Source: Callorhinchus milii (Eukaryota). From it: a stretch of 64,000 bases of DNA. A program made the translations under genes and the position numbers. The stretch lies in assembly GCF_018977255.1 (NCBI RefSeq), contig NW_024704742.1, forward strand, positions 109,680,001 through 109,744,000, read 5' to 3'. Below are positions 10,678-23,395 of this stretch, piece after piece (within the stretch, counting starts at the first letter, position 1; each line of letters begins with the position of its first letter). Under the pieces are notes generated by a model, which saw only the letters and a program-made list of their open reading frames with translations, was not told the DNA's origin and made no database searches.

Positions 10678-12497
10678 ATACCTGGTCAGCTTGGTGTAGT
10701 GGTAGGATTCTCGCCTCTGAGTCAGAAGTTAGAGGTTTGTGGATCTATTCCATATGGAAGGAAACATTTTAGTCTTTTTTGCTGCGTGTGTGCGCATGCA
10801 TGTACATGTGTATCCATGGCCTAAACCAAATGTCATCAATGCTAGATGACACAGATATTTCCACAACACCCTTTCCCAATTTCTTCCAGCTATTGGATGA
10901 TGGGTGAAGTAAGCTGATTTCCATTGTACGTTACAGGTATTTACTATGATAGGCTGAGTTACATTGAGTAGTTCAACTATTAAACATTCGTATTTACCTT
11001 TGAGAGTCCTATAAGTTACCTTACATCCTATAAGTTATGATTTTCAACAGAAAAGTGAGGATGAAAAAGGGTTAAAATTACTGCTTGCTGTTTTAATGTG
11101 GACACCCATCTTAGGACTGTAGTGCTAGAATTTAGTTGCATAGTTGCATTAAGTCAGATAACAATGCTCCTGACGTTAAGAAATATGATGAAAATTAAAC
11201 ATCTAGTTATACACTGTGTGTTGAACTTGCAGCATGCACTGCGTGTGTCAGATTTTTCCCCCCAGTTCTTTTTTAATCTTTTATTCATAGCATTGCAGGT
11301 GATGAAAAATTTATGCCATGAATCTGGCATTGAAATAAATGCAAAATGAAAACAGTAGCAGCTTATACTGACAACTTAAATATTTCTTTTCAACACTGAG
11401 TTTCACATCGTTAGTACATATCCCTGGTATGTTATAATGAGTTTTTGTCAGAAAATAACCTATCAAACAAAAACAGAAAACACATTTTAGAAAGTATAAT
11501 CAGTTTATGTTGTGAATTAAACCAGATACAATTTAACCCTTTAATGACTGGCCTGTGTCAAATATTATTCCAGATGATGATTTAAGATTTTCCTCTGAAT
11601 ATATCAGAGATAGTTATGTTCTATTAATCTATGAATTTATTCAAACATTTAGGAATACAATAATTTTGAAAATAAATAACTTTGGAAATAATGATCAAAA
11701 ATATTTCCCCCAAACTAAAAATGATACCAAACTGAAGAGTTAATAAGAATGCATTTGTTATTGTATGTAAAGCTATTCTTATCAGAAGTACAGTATTTGA
11801 CATTGTACTGTGTTAAATTTCCTTGTGCATACTTGAAAATCATCAAGTCAGTCAAAAATTATTTGAAATAATTCAAAATACTGATACATGTTGTTTGACT
11901 AGTTTCAGCAGTTCCTTCAGACAGTCAGAAACATGTAACCATTTAAAATGGATACAGCAGAGGTTTTTATGACACAATATTTCTATAAAATGTGAAGTCA
12001 ACTGATGCCTACATTAAATCTACATTATTGCACCTATTTCATAATCATAACTTGAAGCGGTCATTTCCTTTGTTACAGGAATATGTTCATTATTCTCCTT
12101 TACTTTTATGTGGTAAAAATAGATACCAACTCTTAACACATTCATAAATAATATCTTTTAAAAATACACTAGGGTCTTGTAGTATATTTATGAGATTCCT
12201 TATTTATCAGCTATGAATTATGAGGTGAAACCTCCACACTGTTTGCAATGCCAGTGTCCTGACGTTGAATCAGACACGTGTCTTTTGGCTCATGGCTTTT
12301 GACTCTAGTTAGTAGGAGAGCGGCTTACACTGAGTTAGTAAAACCCGCTGACTGGCAGTTGAAGGCCACAATGCTCCGGCCAGAAGTCAAATGTGTGACC
12401 TGACTTTTGGAAGTTAGCATTAAATACTGTGTCAGGGTCCACCTGTTGCACATTCAGATAATTCAAAGATCTTTTGCATTTTTCAAAATATTTCTCA

Positions 12498-12625
12498 CCC
12501 AGAATTGTGGAAAATTCTTAAATTCATTCTTAATTTGGAAGTCAGTTTGCCATAGTTCTTAAAAAAAACGGATTCTAAATCAAATATTCTCCATAATTCT
12601 GTACAATCCTAAATTTAAAGCAAAG
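12498..12625. mobile_element. MITE family A, degenerate copy
   Basis: cagaattgtggaaaattc ... ccataattctgtacaatcctaaattt matches the arms of 1927-2075. Confidence 0.6.
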
Positions 12626-14481
12626 TGATCTCACAGGTAAACTAGATAGATTTTTGAGTTTTATAGTGTTGAAACAATGATATTCAGTCACATTTTCCAT
12701 GTGGGCTTTCATTTTGAGAACACTGTACAGAAAAATGGAATATTCAGAAAGTTTGTGTCATCATATTTAGGATTGGTGCTGAATACGATTATAGATCTTA
12801 CAGAATTATGCAGTTTGTTAGGGGTAACATTTTGGTGTTTGAAATGTATATTTCTGTTCTCCAAACTGCATGTTAAACAATAAAAGTAGCTGTTTGGTGA
12901 GATTTATCAAATGTACGTTCTGCATGGTAAGGTATTTCATTTTAACAGATGTTCCTTAGATAACAATAATGTCAGTGACCTTCTTTCTGCGATTAAATAC
13001 AGCATGACTTCAAGAAAAGAATATTTAAAAATGTTCTATCATTATCGCGTCCTTCTTGTTTTGTTTATTGTTGGCATGAGTGTATCTAAAGGTTTACTTT
13101 ATTTAATCCTGGGAAAATTTAAAGCCTAGGAAGCTTTGAGGTGATAGAATTACAAGAAATCCTTTGCATACATGGCCTTCAGGGATAAATGGATACCATG
13201 CATCTAATAAACAAGAAAGCAAACGTGCTGAATAATGAATTAAGTGGCATAAGTTGTGATAACAAGGAGCAAATGTAACTTCAGACGTATGGTCTTTGCT
13301 TTGTATGGGGTTATCTGAGAGGACTGATGTGCTGCCAAGGGAGTATGAAAAAGGCTCATTATATTAAGATGTTCTTTTACTCAGTGCGGCCTAAAACGAT
13401 CTTCCTTTGCTTTCTTTTGCCAACTCCCTCGTGTGCCTCAGTCAAGGCAACAGGCCTTACCAAGGGGATAACTATGATTCTTTTAGGCCATCAAGCTTTG
13501 TTTGTAATGAAAATGCCGTGTGTGTTTTAGGTAGGTCACCCAACAATTAAATAGAGATGTCTAATTGGCTGATCTATATTAGGGTCAGCAGCCAGTTACA
13601 GAATAAAAGCTCATTGTGCCCCTATTGCACAGTTCTGAACTAAATTAAATTATTAATACATTCATTGCTTCCATGCTGTTTCACAGGGATCCCTAACCTG
13701 CCATACTGAATAAAATAGAATTACTACTTTACATTTTCATTAACTATGCCAAGTCATTTTTAAATTGCAAATAGGCCCTATTTTTTCGTGCATGAATGGA
13801 TAGAACTTTGCAATGGTTGTTTTGTAAAAGCAATTATGTTTCTATTACATAGCAACATTTTGGTAACTAATGTTCCAGTTACATTATCACTTTTTTTTCG
13901 CCTTTAACCATAAATAATGCATTATGTTGAAGCTCACCTAAACATTATTCAGTTTCCCTACAATTTTCTAAGAAGCAATAATGTATTCATTCATTCATCT
14001 TGACATTTTAAACTCAAAAGAGAACAGTACCACTTAATCCCCTCAAATTTGACCTGAATGCGCTAACTGTAGGATATTTTAGACAATCCCAACAAAAAAT
14101 CATGTAGCCCATCATAATATTTAATTGATTTAACCTTTTTAATAATTGTGTAATTTCTTACTCCAGAACAATTGATGTATTTACTTATTTTTACACTAAT
14201 TGTGTAAGTTAATTTAATTCTATAATTAATTAATGACCATATTATCAGTATTAATTACAAAGTACTATGTGAAAGGTTATTCAAACATAAAGGATGACAG
14301 AAGGTATATAAAATGTTTGTCATCTTGTGTGGGCTCAAACCCCATACTGATAAGAGGCTAAACATATTTTATCAAATAATCTTCACTTACATATTATTTT
14401 GTGTTATTTACAGCATCATTTAAAATACTTTTTATCTAAAATTTAACTGATAATTTTGTATTGGTATACAAGATTTCACAA

Positions 14482-14890
14482 TGGCTCAGTTGATAAAGTC
14501 ATTGTGTTGCGTTACTGAAACCATATAGAGAAGGAAAATTCAAGATTCGATCTGTGGTCTGTGCTGATGTATCTCATCTCAACCGGAGGTGGGGGGGTGG
14601 AGAAGGGGATAACAATGAGCTGTAGAGTGCCTGAGACAGGGAATGGAAAACTCTGACAGGATTCCCACATCTGCTGTTGCTATCCAGTGGCCCCTGCTGG
14701 AAAGTTTGCATATGAAGATGAGGAAAGAATTGGGCTCAGATGTGATGCCTATGTCTTCGCATAGCCTTCTGACACTGACTAGGCTCACAAATGAAGAATA
14801 GACATTGTGGTGAGGTTGGAGTACTGTTTCCCAGCAACCAGGAAACAATTCTCTAATTTGAGTCAGTGCCTTCGGGAGCAAAGGGAAATA
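14482..14890 (+). mobile_element. Old tRNA-derived SINE, near full length (third SINE family)
   Basis: ggctcagttg A-box-like start, gattcgatct B-box-like motif, gctatccagtggcccctgctggaaag core; partial related copies at ~1450, 24195, 29055, 38325 and 44220. Confidence 0.7.
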
Positions 14891-16224
14891 CGTTTGAGCT
14901 GGAAAAAATACTTGTGTCCGGAAGTTGACTTGGGCAACAGATTCAAACGATATGTATTTATAAAAGTATCAAAATTGTTCCAAGTGATAACCTTGCAGGG
15001 ATTGTTTAAAGTCACAGATCAAGGATTCTTTGACTCATGGGAGGTTTCCTTCCTATCAATATACACATTTTTCAATCGATGTAGACAACTAAAGTTTAGG
15101 AATAAACGGTTAGCTTGGAGTTCCATAAGAAAGAAAGAGTTGTTGTGACGAATAGATGGGGTTTAGTTTTATCCAAATGGTAATAAAACAAAAATCCTCT
15201 TAACACATTGGAACCTTCGGAACCTTTGGATTGTGTAAAACAGAACACAATAAATTGTAATCTGTTTAGAGGAATGGCACCACAGGATTGTTGTACTCCT
15301 TGCCTCTCTCAGTTTTTCCTTCCTCTTACAACACACGGACTTAAAATTTAAACTTGCCATCACCTAACAAGTGCTTCAACTTATGTTATTTTCTCTCCCG
15401 TTTGCAATCTTGATGTCCTGACTATGTATTTTGCATTATTTTTATTATTTTTATTATTTGCATGATTTTCGTCTAGATCTCTCAATAAACAAGAATGTAA
15501 ATGTATGATTTTTTCATATAAAAGAATGAAGGGAGTTAAAGCAGAATAAGATGCCACTGCAAAACCAATTTGAATTTGTGCCACAATGGTAACCTGCCTT
15601 ATAAGATATATAATCATAATAATCTTTACATCTGATATAGCACCTTATCACATTGTCAAATGTCTCAAAGTTTATCAGTTTATAAAGGGCTGAAAGCCTT
15701 AACACAATGAAGGTAGGGCGAAATTATCTACAAAATGTGAGCGAAATTATCTATAGAATTAGATTGGTTTATTTTAGGTTCTGTGTCCCTTCTGTGTCAG
15801 GTGGTGGTAAAGGATGTACAATCTGACTGTTGCAATTTCAAATAAATAGAGTCTTTCTCCCAATTTATGCCGGTTTATATTCCCCTCCTCAATGACTCTT
15901 TGGTTGAAGCAGAGAACTTAAATTGATTAAAGACAAGGAGATTAGGATGGGTGTAGGTTTGTGAGGAACATAACCAGTGGCATGACAAAGTTAAGCCAAA
16001 TGATTATTTGTGTTCTGTAGTCTATATTATTGGAGGTGCTGTTATGGAATCATTTCTTGACTTACATTCAGTTATTCCTTCATGATATTTGGATCTTATC
16101 ATATTTTCACACAAAATTAGTTTTGATGACAAAATCAGTGCTCAGACAGAGAAAGAACATTCAATTTGGCCCAACATTAGACATATCCTGCACTTATTCC
16201 ACAGAATTAAATTGGGTTATTCCC

Positions 16225-16726
16225 GTGGAGTCCTGTAGCATATTAGTTAGAGCACTCGCCTCGCAAGCGAGAGGACCTGGGTTCAATCTCAGGAAGGGCA
16301 AAACGCTAGGCAAGTTTCCTTACTCCATCTGCCTCTGTTTACCTAGCTGTAAACAGCTGTAAACAGCTGTAAACCTAGCTAGGTTGTTATTCGATTGGCG
16401 GATTCCTTTTCCGGGGGTAATAATCCCTTCCAAAAACATAATATATAAATAAAATAATAATAATTTGGTCACGCAATCTACGACTGTCTGTGGGATACTG
16501 CTGTGAGCAATTGGCTGCTGCATTTTGCCCACAAAATATACAGTCAATTCACTTTGCAATAAATTCTGTGAAGTGCTTTGAGACGTTGCGAAAGTGTGAT
16601 AAGGCTCTATATCATAGAATTATACAACACAAAAGGAGGCCATGCGGCCCATTGTGTCTGTACTGGCTTTTTCAAAGGAGCTATCTAAATCAAATGCAAT
16701 GATTATTATTATTGTTATTATTATTG
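16225..16726 (+). mobile_element. Young tRNA-SINE, long form, with a small insertion in its tail
   Basis: gtggagtcctgtagc head, ggttcaatc B box, CORE-like block; tail split at 16613/16688. Confidence 0.9.
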
Positions 16727-16761
16727 TATTGTTCTGGATGTATCTTCTACACCTTTGTCCT

Positions 16762-17120
16762 CAACAACAACAAAATTACATTTATATAGCACCTCTCATG
16801 TTGGGAGGATGTCCCAGGGTGCTGGACAGTCTGTTTCGGATCCGAGCTGGGGGTTGGGATTGGGGAGGGTGGAGGGCGGGGGGGAAGCAGGGTGATCGAA
16901 ATCATGGTCGAAGAGAAGGGTCTTGAGATTGGTCTTGAAGCAGGCAAGGGAGTGCGTCAGGCAGAGGGACTGTGGAATGGAGTTCCAAAGGGTGGGAGCA
17001 GATTGGCAGAAGGCCTGCCAGCCAGTGGAGGAATGGACGAGGCGGGGGACGTGAAGCAAGCCTGTTGGGCGGAGGGAGCGGGTAGGATGGTAGGGGGTTG
17101 GGAGGTCGTAGAGATAGGGG
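16762..17120 (-). mobile_element. L2 LINE 3' end fragment
   Basis: ORF 16796-17059 LHVPRL...SAPTLWNSIPQSL...FKTNLKTLLF; (TTG)n tail. Confidence 0.88.
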
Positions 17121-17466
17121 TACTAAGTGGACTAAGTATAGAAACAAAGATTGTATAGGCTTCTTACATTTAAACAAAGTACTTAACGTTGATAGCATCT
17201 GCCACTTTAGTCATTCTGGACTTGATTAGTTACTGAAGCTGTTTGTACTTCATTTTCTAAAACATTTTTTGGTTATGGAAGTACCATTCTTATTATTTAT
17301 AATTGTTGATTATAGGAAAAGGTCTCTTATTATTGACCCAGATTTTGTATTGAAAACTTGACATAATAAAATATTACCTGTTGTATCAAAGATGGTTTAA
17401 TTCTCCCTCATGAAACTCAAAATGTTTCTCGTCTTAGCTGTAAGATTATTTTGTTGTAAAAAAAAT

Positions 17467-17595
17467 TGCAGAATTGTGGAAAATTCAGTTTTAATTTGGA
17501 AACAGATTTTTTTTTAAAAATGACAATTTTTTTTACCAAATTAGAGTGAATTAATTTTTTTTCACAATTCTACACAATCTTAAATATTTAAGGCT
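17467..17595. mobile_element. MITE family A, degenerate copy
   Basis: tgcagaattgtggaaaattc ... ttcacaattctacacaatcttaaat. Confidence 0.6.
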
Positions 17596-18389
17596 AAGGA
17601 GCAGGCCTCCACAATTGGGGTTACCAATTAGGGAAATATGCAGCACATTTTTTTGTTATAGTGGACAAGGCTAGCTGCTTAATACTGGTTTATCATTGTA
17701 ACCGCGTTATAGACAGAAAACTTCCACCATTCTACCTAAGCTATATTTTAATCAAATTTCCAGGATGAAAACCATTTATCTGAAAACAGCAAAGTGCTCT
17801 CTTAAGTTTTTTGTTTAAATATAGACTTATTATACGTTGACTTATTACTCATATTTGTGGATCCAGAAATCAATTATGAAAAAACATCACTTGCTGACAA
17901 ACAGCTCTATTGAGCTACACCAAGTACCATCATAACTATAAATGTAACCTTCAGTAAATAGAATTCCTTCTTGTTGCCTTCCCTCAGCTACAGTATTTTC
18001 AAAAACTATGTGGAATTCATAAAAATTTTAATTTATTCAAATTAAAACAAATCCAGTACTGTATCTGAAAGTTTATTTTCAATGCTGCAGTATTTTACAG
18101 CCCCTGAAATGAAATTGACAGCTGAAATGTTCAGAACAATATACTTCAACTAAGTTGGCCTAAAATACTTTGAACAGTATTTCCAATTTACCTGGAGCAG
18201 AAAAAGAAACGTTGAAAAAGAAATACTGAAACTAATTTAATATTTTTTCAATACCAGCAAAATCTCAGGATGGTTACCTATAAGACTGTAACAATAGTTT
18301 GTCATTTTTCAACCTCCACATACAAATAACATTTTCTGGCATCCCAAAGGAAGAAAATAAAGACACACAAAGTTTTCTTGTTGCTGAGT

Positions 18390-19460
18390 CACCAGTACCA
18401 TTTTGCCTTGGCCAACACTTTCTGCTACTTAGCATTATCCCACCGAGACCAGTTAACTCAGACTCAGGTTGATTCCTATTTGACATGCAGTGAACGCCTG
18501 CTCCCTAGTTTTAAAATCTGTATTGAATGGCATAGACCCTTCCCAGTGACTGACAATTATCTTCACTGTTACACAACTTCTCGGTGTGCCGACTTCTTCA
18601 AACTCAGCATAGGGACTCAACATGACCAATCTGTTTGATGGAAGCCCATCTTGGCTGCAGAGACGTCAAAAGTTCAATTCCTTTAGGTGCAGAAAGTGTC
18701 AACTTCTACACATCAATACAGCTCCAGGTCAGACGATAAATTAAGCACAATCAGGGAATAACTAAACTAAATAGTCAAGAAGGTGTTTGGATAATTTTAT
18801 TGCCTTCGTTGGTGCAGCCTTTAACATTAACCAAAACAGGTGCCTCAGAGATCCAACAGTAGGAAATAGTACCAGCCTGAACTCCTAATATCACCAACAC
18901 ACTATTTGTAAGAGAAAAGGAAGTACATTGATTGGCTTGGGAATTAAAACATCAAGGATTTTCTAAGCAGTTGAGGGTTTCCTCCTGCATTAGCGCTCTG
19001 ATCATGAGACATTGATAGCTGTTCTGAATTTGATTTCAGCTCCACTGGAGGCCAGAAGGACTCTTCATTCAACACCAATGAGGTTCAAATCTTGTGAGAA
19101 ATGTTCTGACTGAACTAAGACTACAACTTTTACTGCTTTGACTCTTAGTAATGCTGCTATCTTCTTTGTATGACGTTGAACATGCCTAGAAGGGACTGGA
19201 CTCAAGAGTATGAGATTCTCGATTCAGCTACTGAGTCTGGTGGTTAGCCATGCATTTATTTAAAGGCTGAAGCTAGAACAAGGTACAGAGAGTGGACCAT
19301 CAACACAGTGGTTCAGCACTTTAAACAGCAGGAATAGGCACATTTCCCAATTCTTTGCAAGACACGATACAAGATACTGCTGCATGAGAAGATCTTCCAT
19401 TTATTTACAGGAAGTTCACATAATTCTCAGACACTGGATCATTCACCTGTGAGGTTATCT
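18390..19460 (+). mobile_element. Decayed DIRS-like retrotransposon (methyltransferase-like region plus tyrosine recombinase)
   Basis: Manual translation across stops and frameshifts gives, in order, FALANTFCYL, AVNACSL, RPFP, NLFDGSPSWLQRR, VW..FIA..WC, IKDFLSS..PP, S*DI.AVLNL.SAPLE, KTTTFTALT, ILRHWII; this resembles the motif order I recall for vertebrate DIRS pol C-terminus and YR. Confidence 0.6.
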
Positions 19461-20209
19461 GAAGTTAAATCTTTTGACTACCTTCCAGAGCAAGAAAATA
19501 CCAGAATTTGAATGGTATTTTAATCAAAATTATTTTACATCAATGGCAGTTATTTTAATTAATTGACCTGTGGTCAAATGAACTGTGCAGTGTCTTCAAT
19601 GGAAAGTTATTCCTTTAGCCTTCTTATGTAGAGTATGTATCAGTATTAAACCATAGATTTAACATAAGATTTAATATCTCTCTTTTAAATAAGACATCTT
19701 GCATAAACAGAATATAGTTTCTTCCTGTTTGTGTTTCTGTGCATGTCAAGGTAGACAATGACAGTACTAAGAATTGATTATTTTACATATTACATATTGA
19801 CTCAGCAGTGCTACCCCAGATAAGGCACAGATCAGATGCCATTGAAGACTCACACTTCATTCTTAATTGTTCAATGCCAACCTTATAACAACACCCCTCA
19901 TGAAGCAATGTGATATTTCCATTCCTGACATATAGCTCTTGTGACCTCTAAAACAATTAAAATTAGTGTTGAATTTGAGATCAATATTTTTTCTTTTAAT
20001 CCATGTAAATTAGGAACTGGATTAAGATTTATCCACACCCATTGCATTTAGGATTTAGAATTGAAAGAAAGAACTCATATCCTTTTTTGTCTGGGATGGA
20101 TTTGAATTTAGCTCTTAAAAATGAAACTTAGGTCAGTGTCCCAGTACATTGCACCATCTAGCCTCTTGATAGTAGCACTTATGATTTTTTCAGAATTTCA
20201 AATCACACA

Positions 20210-20497
20210 ATAATAATAATAAACCTTGGATTTGACATAGCGCCTTATCATGTCATCAAGATGTCTCAAAGCATTTCACAGGATATTCTGTAAAATTGAT
20301 TGACTGTATTTTGCAGGCGAAATGCGCAGCCAGTATTGTGCAGAGCAGTGTCCTACAAACTGCCATTGGAGTGAGTGACCAATTTATTTTATTTGGGAGA
20401 TTTGTTGGCCAGGATACTGGAGAACAGTACCATGGGATCTTTAACATCACCTAAACAGGCAGACGGGACCTCAGATTAACATCTCATCCAAAAGATG
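20210..20497 (-). mobile_element. Deu-type SINE, 5'-truncated
   Basis: catgggatctttaacatc...aacatctcatccaaaaga block plus tail. Confidence 0.82.
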
Positions 20498-22844
20498 CAG
20501 TTTTAGTAAAGAAATAGTACTCTGTGTCAGTTAACTGAATTATAAATATATCCAATTTTGCTGTAATTGTATTTTATTTGACCTTGACATATTTTTGGTG
20601 CACATAACCTAGTATCTTTAAATGATTCAATAACCACTGAACCTGCTCATTATGAAGTCTGTAGAGTTAGTAATTTGGCCATCATGTTTTCTTGATTTAT
20701 GAAATAATACCCCACTGAGGTGGCATTTATATGAACAAGCAGCAATGAAATTTAAACCTCTGTACTTTTTATTAAGTACGATTAATGTCAAGGCAGCTTT
20801 CATAAAATATCACTATTTTCACTTTAACCTTATTTTATGGCAGCTCTTTTTATTACAAGTCACTATTAAACCTCATGAGGCTCATAGTGGAATGGGTGTA
20901 CTGTCAATCTTTATGCTGTGAATTCTTTGCTTTAATTATGTAAACAGTAAATATAAAAAGTAGCTTTGCATCCTTTTCATTATCCCGTCATCTTTATAAC
21001 TTTCAAAATGACTGTGCTGATCCTTGTTGATTGTAAATAGAACAATTTTTACATTTGTGACAAGAAACCAGAGTTTGAGTCTTATGATTCTAAAAGCAAA
21101 TGTATTTCTCTAATCGTCGTGTTTTTACCATAGAATGATTTTATGTTTAAAAGCACTGTTAGCAAATATAACTATATTTTGGAAAATAGTTACCAGTAAA
21201 GGTTGATGAAGACATCATCACATTAAATCTACCAATTGTTTACGTAACTGAGAAGGATTTGCACACTATTCATTATGTTTCCACACGTAGATCAAAACTC
21301 ATTTGCAAGTTTGTTCAGTAAATCTATTCACACTCTTCAAATTACAATATAGTAGGATTAATTATTCAAAAACATTTATTTCCAACAAGTGATTTTTCTT
21401 AGTTTTTAAATTGTTATTTAGATTACTTGACAACAAATGGATTTTGTTTTTTTTAAAAAAACAAAATACCTGACCCACTTTACCTTTGATTATGGGTATT
21501 TTGAGCATGGAGGAATTTCAGTCACTTAACAAGAGGACAGGGTGCTTGGTATATTATTTCTGTTCGGAGTAATGTATTAGTAGTCAAAAGGGCCAGATTA
21601 ATTTACTTATGCTAAACTATGTGCATTCTTGGCTACTAATAGAGCAACATTTTCTAACTAAAGCCAGACACCCCATTTGTGGCAGTGACGATGGTTGCCT
21701 GGATTTACCCTTGACAGTTTGGCAACTCTGCACCTGTGTTATTGTATCCATTTCTTTGTCTTGTTTTCAGTTAAATTAATCCTTTCTATTTTGACAAGGA
21801 GACTGATGGGTAATTGATAACAGTGATTGACATGAATGGAAGAAAAGGATTCTGAATTATTCAGTGCTTTTCAACATCAATGAGGGTACAGGGTAAAGAA
21901 TTCACATTTCTGTTTGCTCTAAAACCTAAGTCAGTGAGACATTTATGCTGCCACTCTATCAGCAAACCAAACAGTGTACAATCGCTTTCCACAGACAAAA
22001 TGTTTTATAAGCTTGTAGCTCTGTGCATGAAGCTGCCAGAATAATAAATAGGTACACCAGCCCATGCATGCTAATGCTATGTTGTAAGCAGTTTTGTTGA
22101 CAAGTGCTAATACTTCTTTCATACTATCATCAGAAGCAGCTAGTACAACAGTCATTACTTGCTAGCTTTCTAAGGAAGACATGATTGATTGTGACCTTAA
22201 TATAGGTTAGCCAAGTTTTGAAAGTTTAACAACTTGCTATAAATCATGGAATTATTACAATACAGCTTAATTGGTTAAGGAATGTTTATTTCCTAAAGAG
22301 GGTGAAAAATTTCTGTTTCAACGGTTTTAATTTGCAAAGTGCATTTTCATTACGGATGGCAGTTTAATTCTGCTCTTTTGTCATGTAAAATATACAACGC
22401 ATAGGTGATTCATTAATTGTATCAAAAATTCACAGTAAGATGAAATTATCAGCTGAATAAGCTAAAATTATTCATATTATTACTGGTAAGCTTTTTAAGT
22501 TTATTAAACATCTTAAATTGGACACTTCGGATTTCTACAGTTAATGTTGCAAATTAAAGGAAAATTAGTTAATGACTTCCTATTTGTTTTGCAATGTAAA
22601 CTAATTAAGAAATTTGTAAATATGAAAGATAAATTCAGCAATTATACATATCTTTCTGAAACGTAGATGAATGCATTTTGTTGAGTCAGCAATCATTTAA
22701 AAACCTGCAATATGCAATGAGAAATATGATTGTCCAAATTTATTTGGCATATTGTGTTTCTTGTTATTATTCACCTATCTCAACCTCATGTAATGCTTTA
22801 AAAGTGTACATTTATGAGCAACTATACAAATGAAATAAAAATGT

Positions 22845-22985
22845 GGTCATCCAATCCACGACTGTTTGTGAGCAATTGGCTGCCACGCTTTGCCCACAAA
22901 ATTTACAGTATATTTTGTGAAGCACTTTGAGACGTTTCGAAGACGTCATAAGGTGCTGTATCAAATGCAAGGATTATTATTATAG
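22845..22985 (+). mobile_element. SINE 3' fragment
   Basis: caattggctgccacg...tgtgaagcactttgagacg...tcaaatgcaaggattattat. Confidence 0.82.
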
Positions 22986-23104
22986 ATTGGGCAATATATT
23001 GACAAGAAAATCAAATCTGTAAATTGAAAGCCAAGTGTGAATTATGAAATTGTACATCATTTGATCAATTGTGCTTTACATTAGTTATTTTTGAAAGTAG
23101 ATAT

Positions 23105-23395
23105 AATAATAATCTTTGATTTGATGTAGCACCTTATCATGTCTTAAAGCATTTCACAGGATATACTGTAAAGTGGATTGACTACATTTTGTCGGAAAAA
23201 CACGGCTGCCAGCTGGTGCACAGTATTTCAAAAACAGTCACGCAGCCAATGACCAATTTTATTTGTGGGATTTGTTGGCCAGGAAACTGGGAGAAACTCT
23301 GTTCTCTTTTGAATAGTAGTAGCATGGGATCTTTAATGTCCATCTACACTTGAACAGGCAGATGGATCTCGGTTTAACACCTCATTCGAAGGACA
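23105..23395 (-). mobile_element. Deu-type SINE, 5'-truncated
   Basis: catgggatctttaatgtcca...ctcggtttaacacctcattcgaagg block plus tail. Confidence 0.8.
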
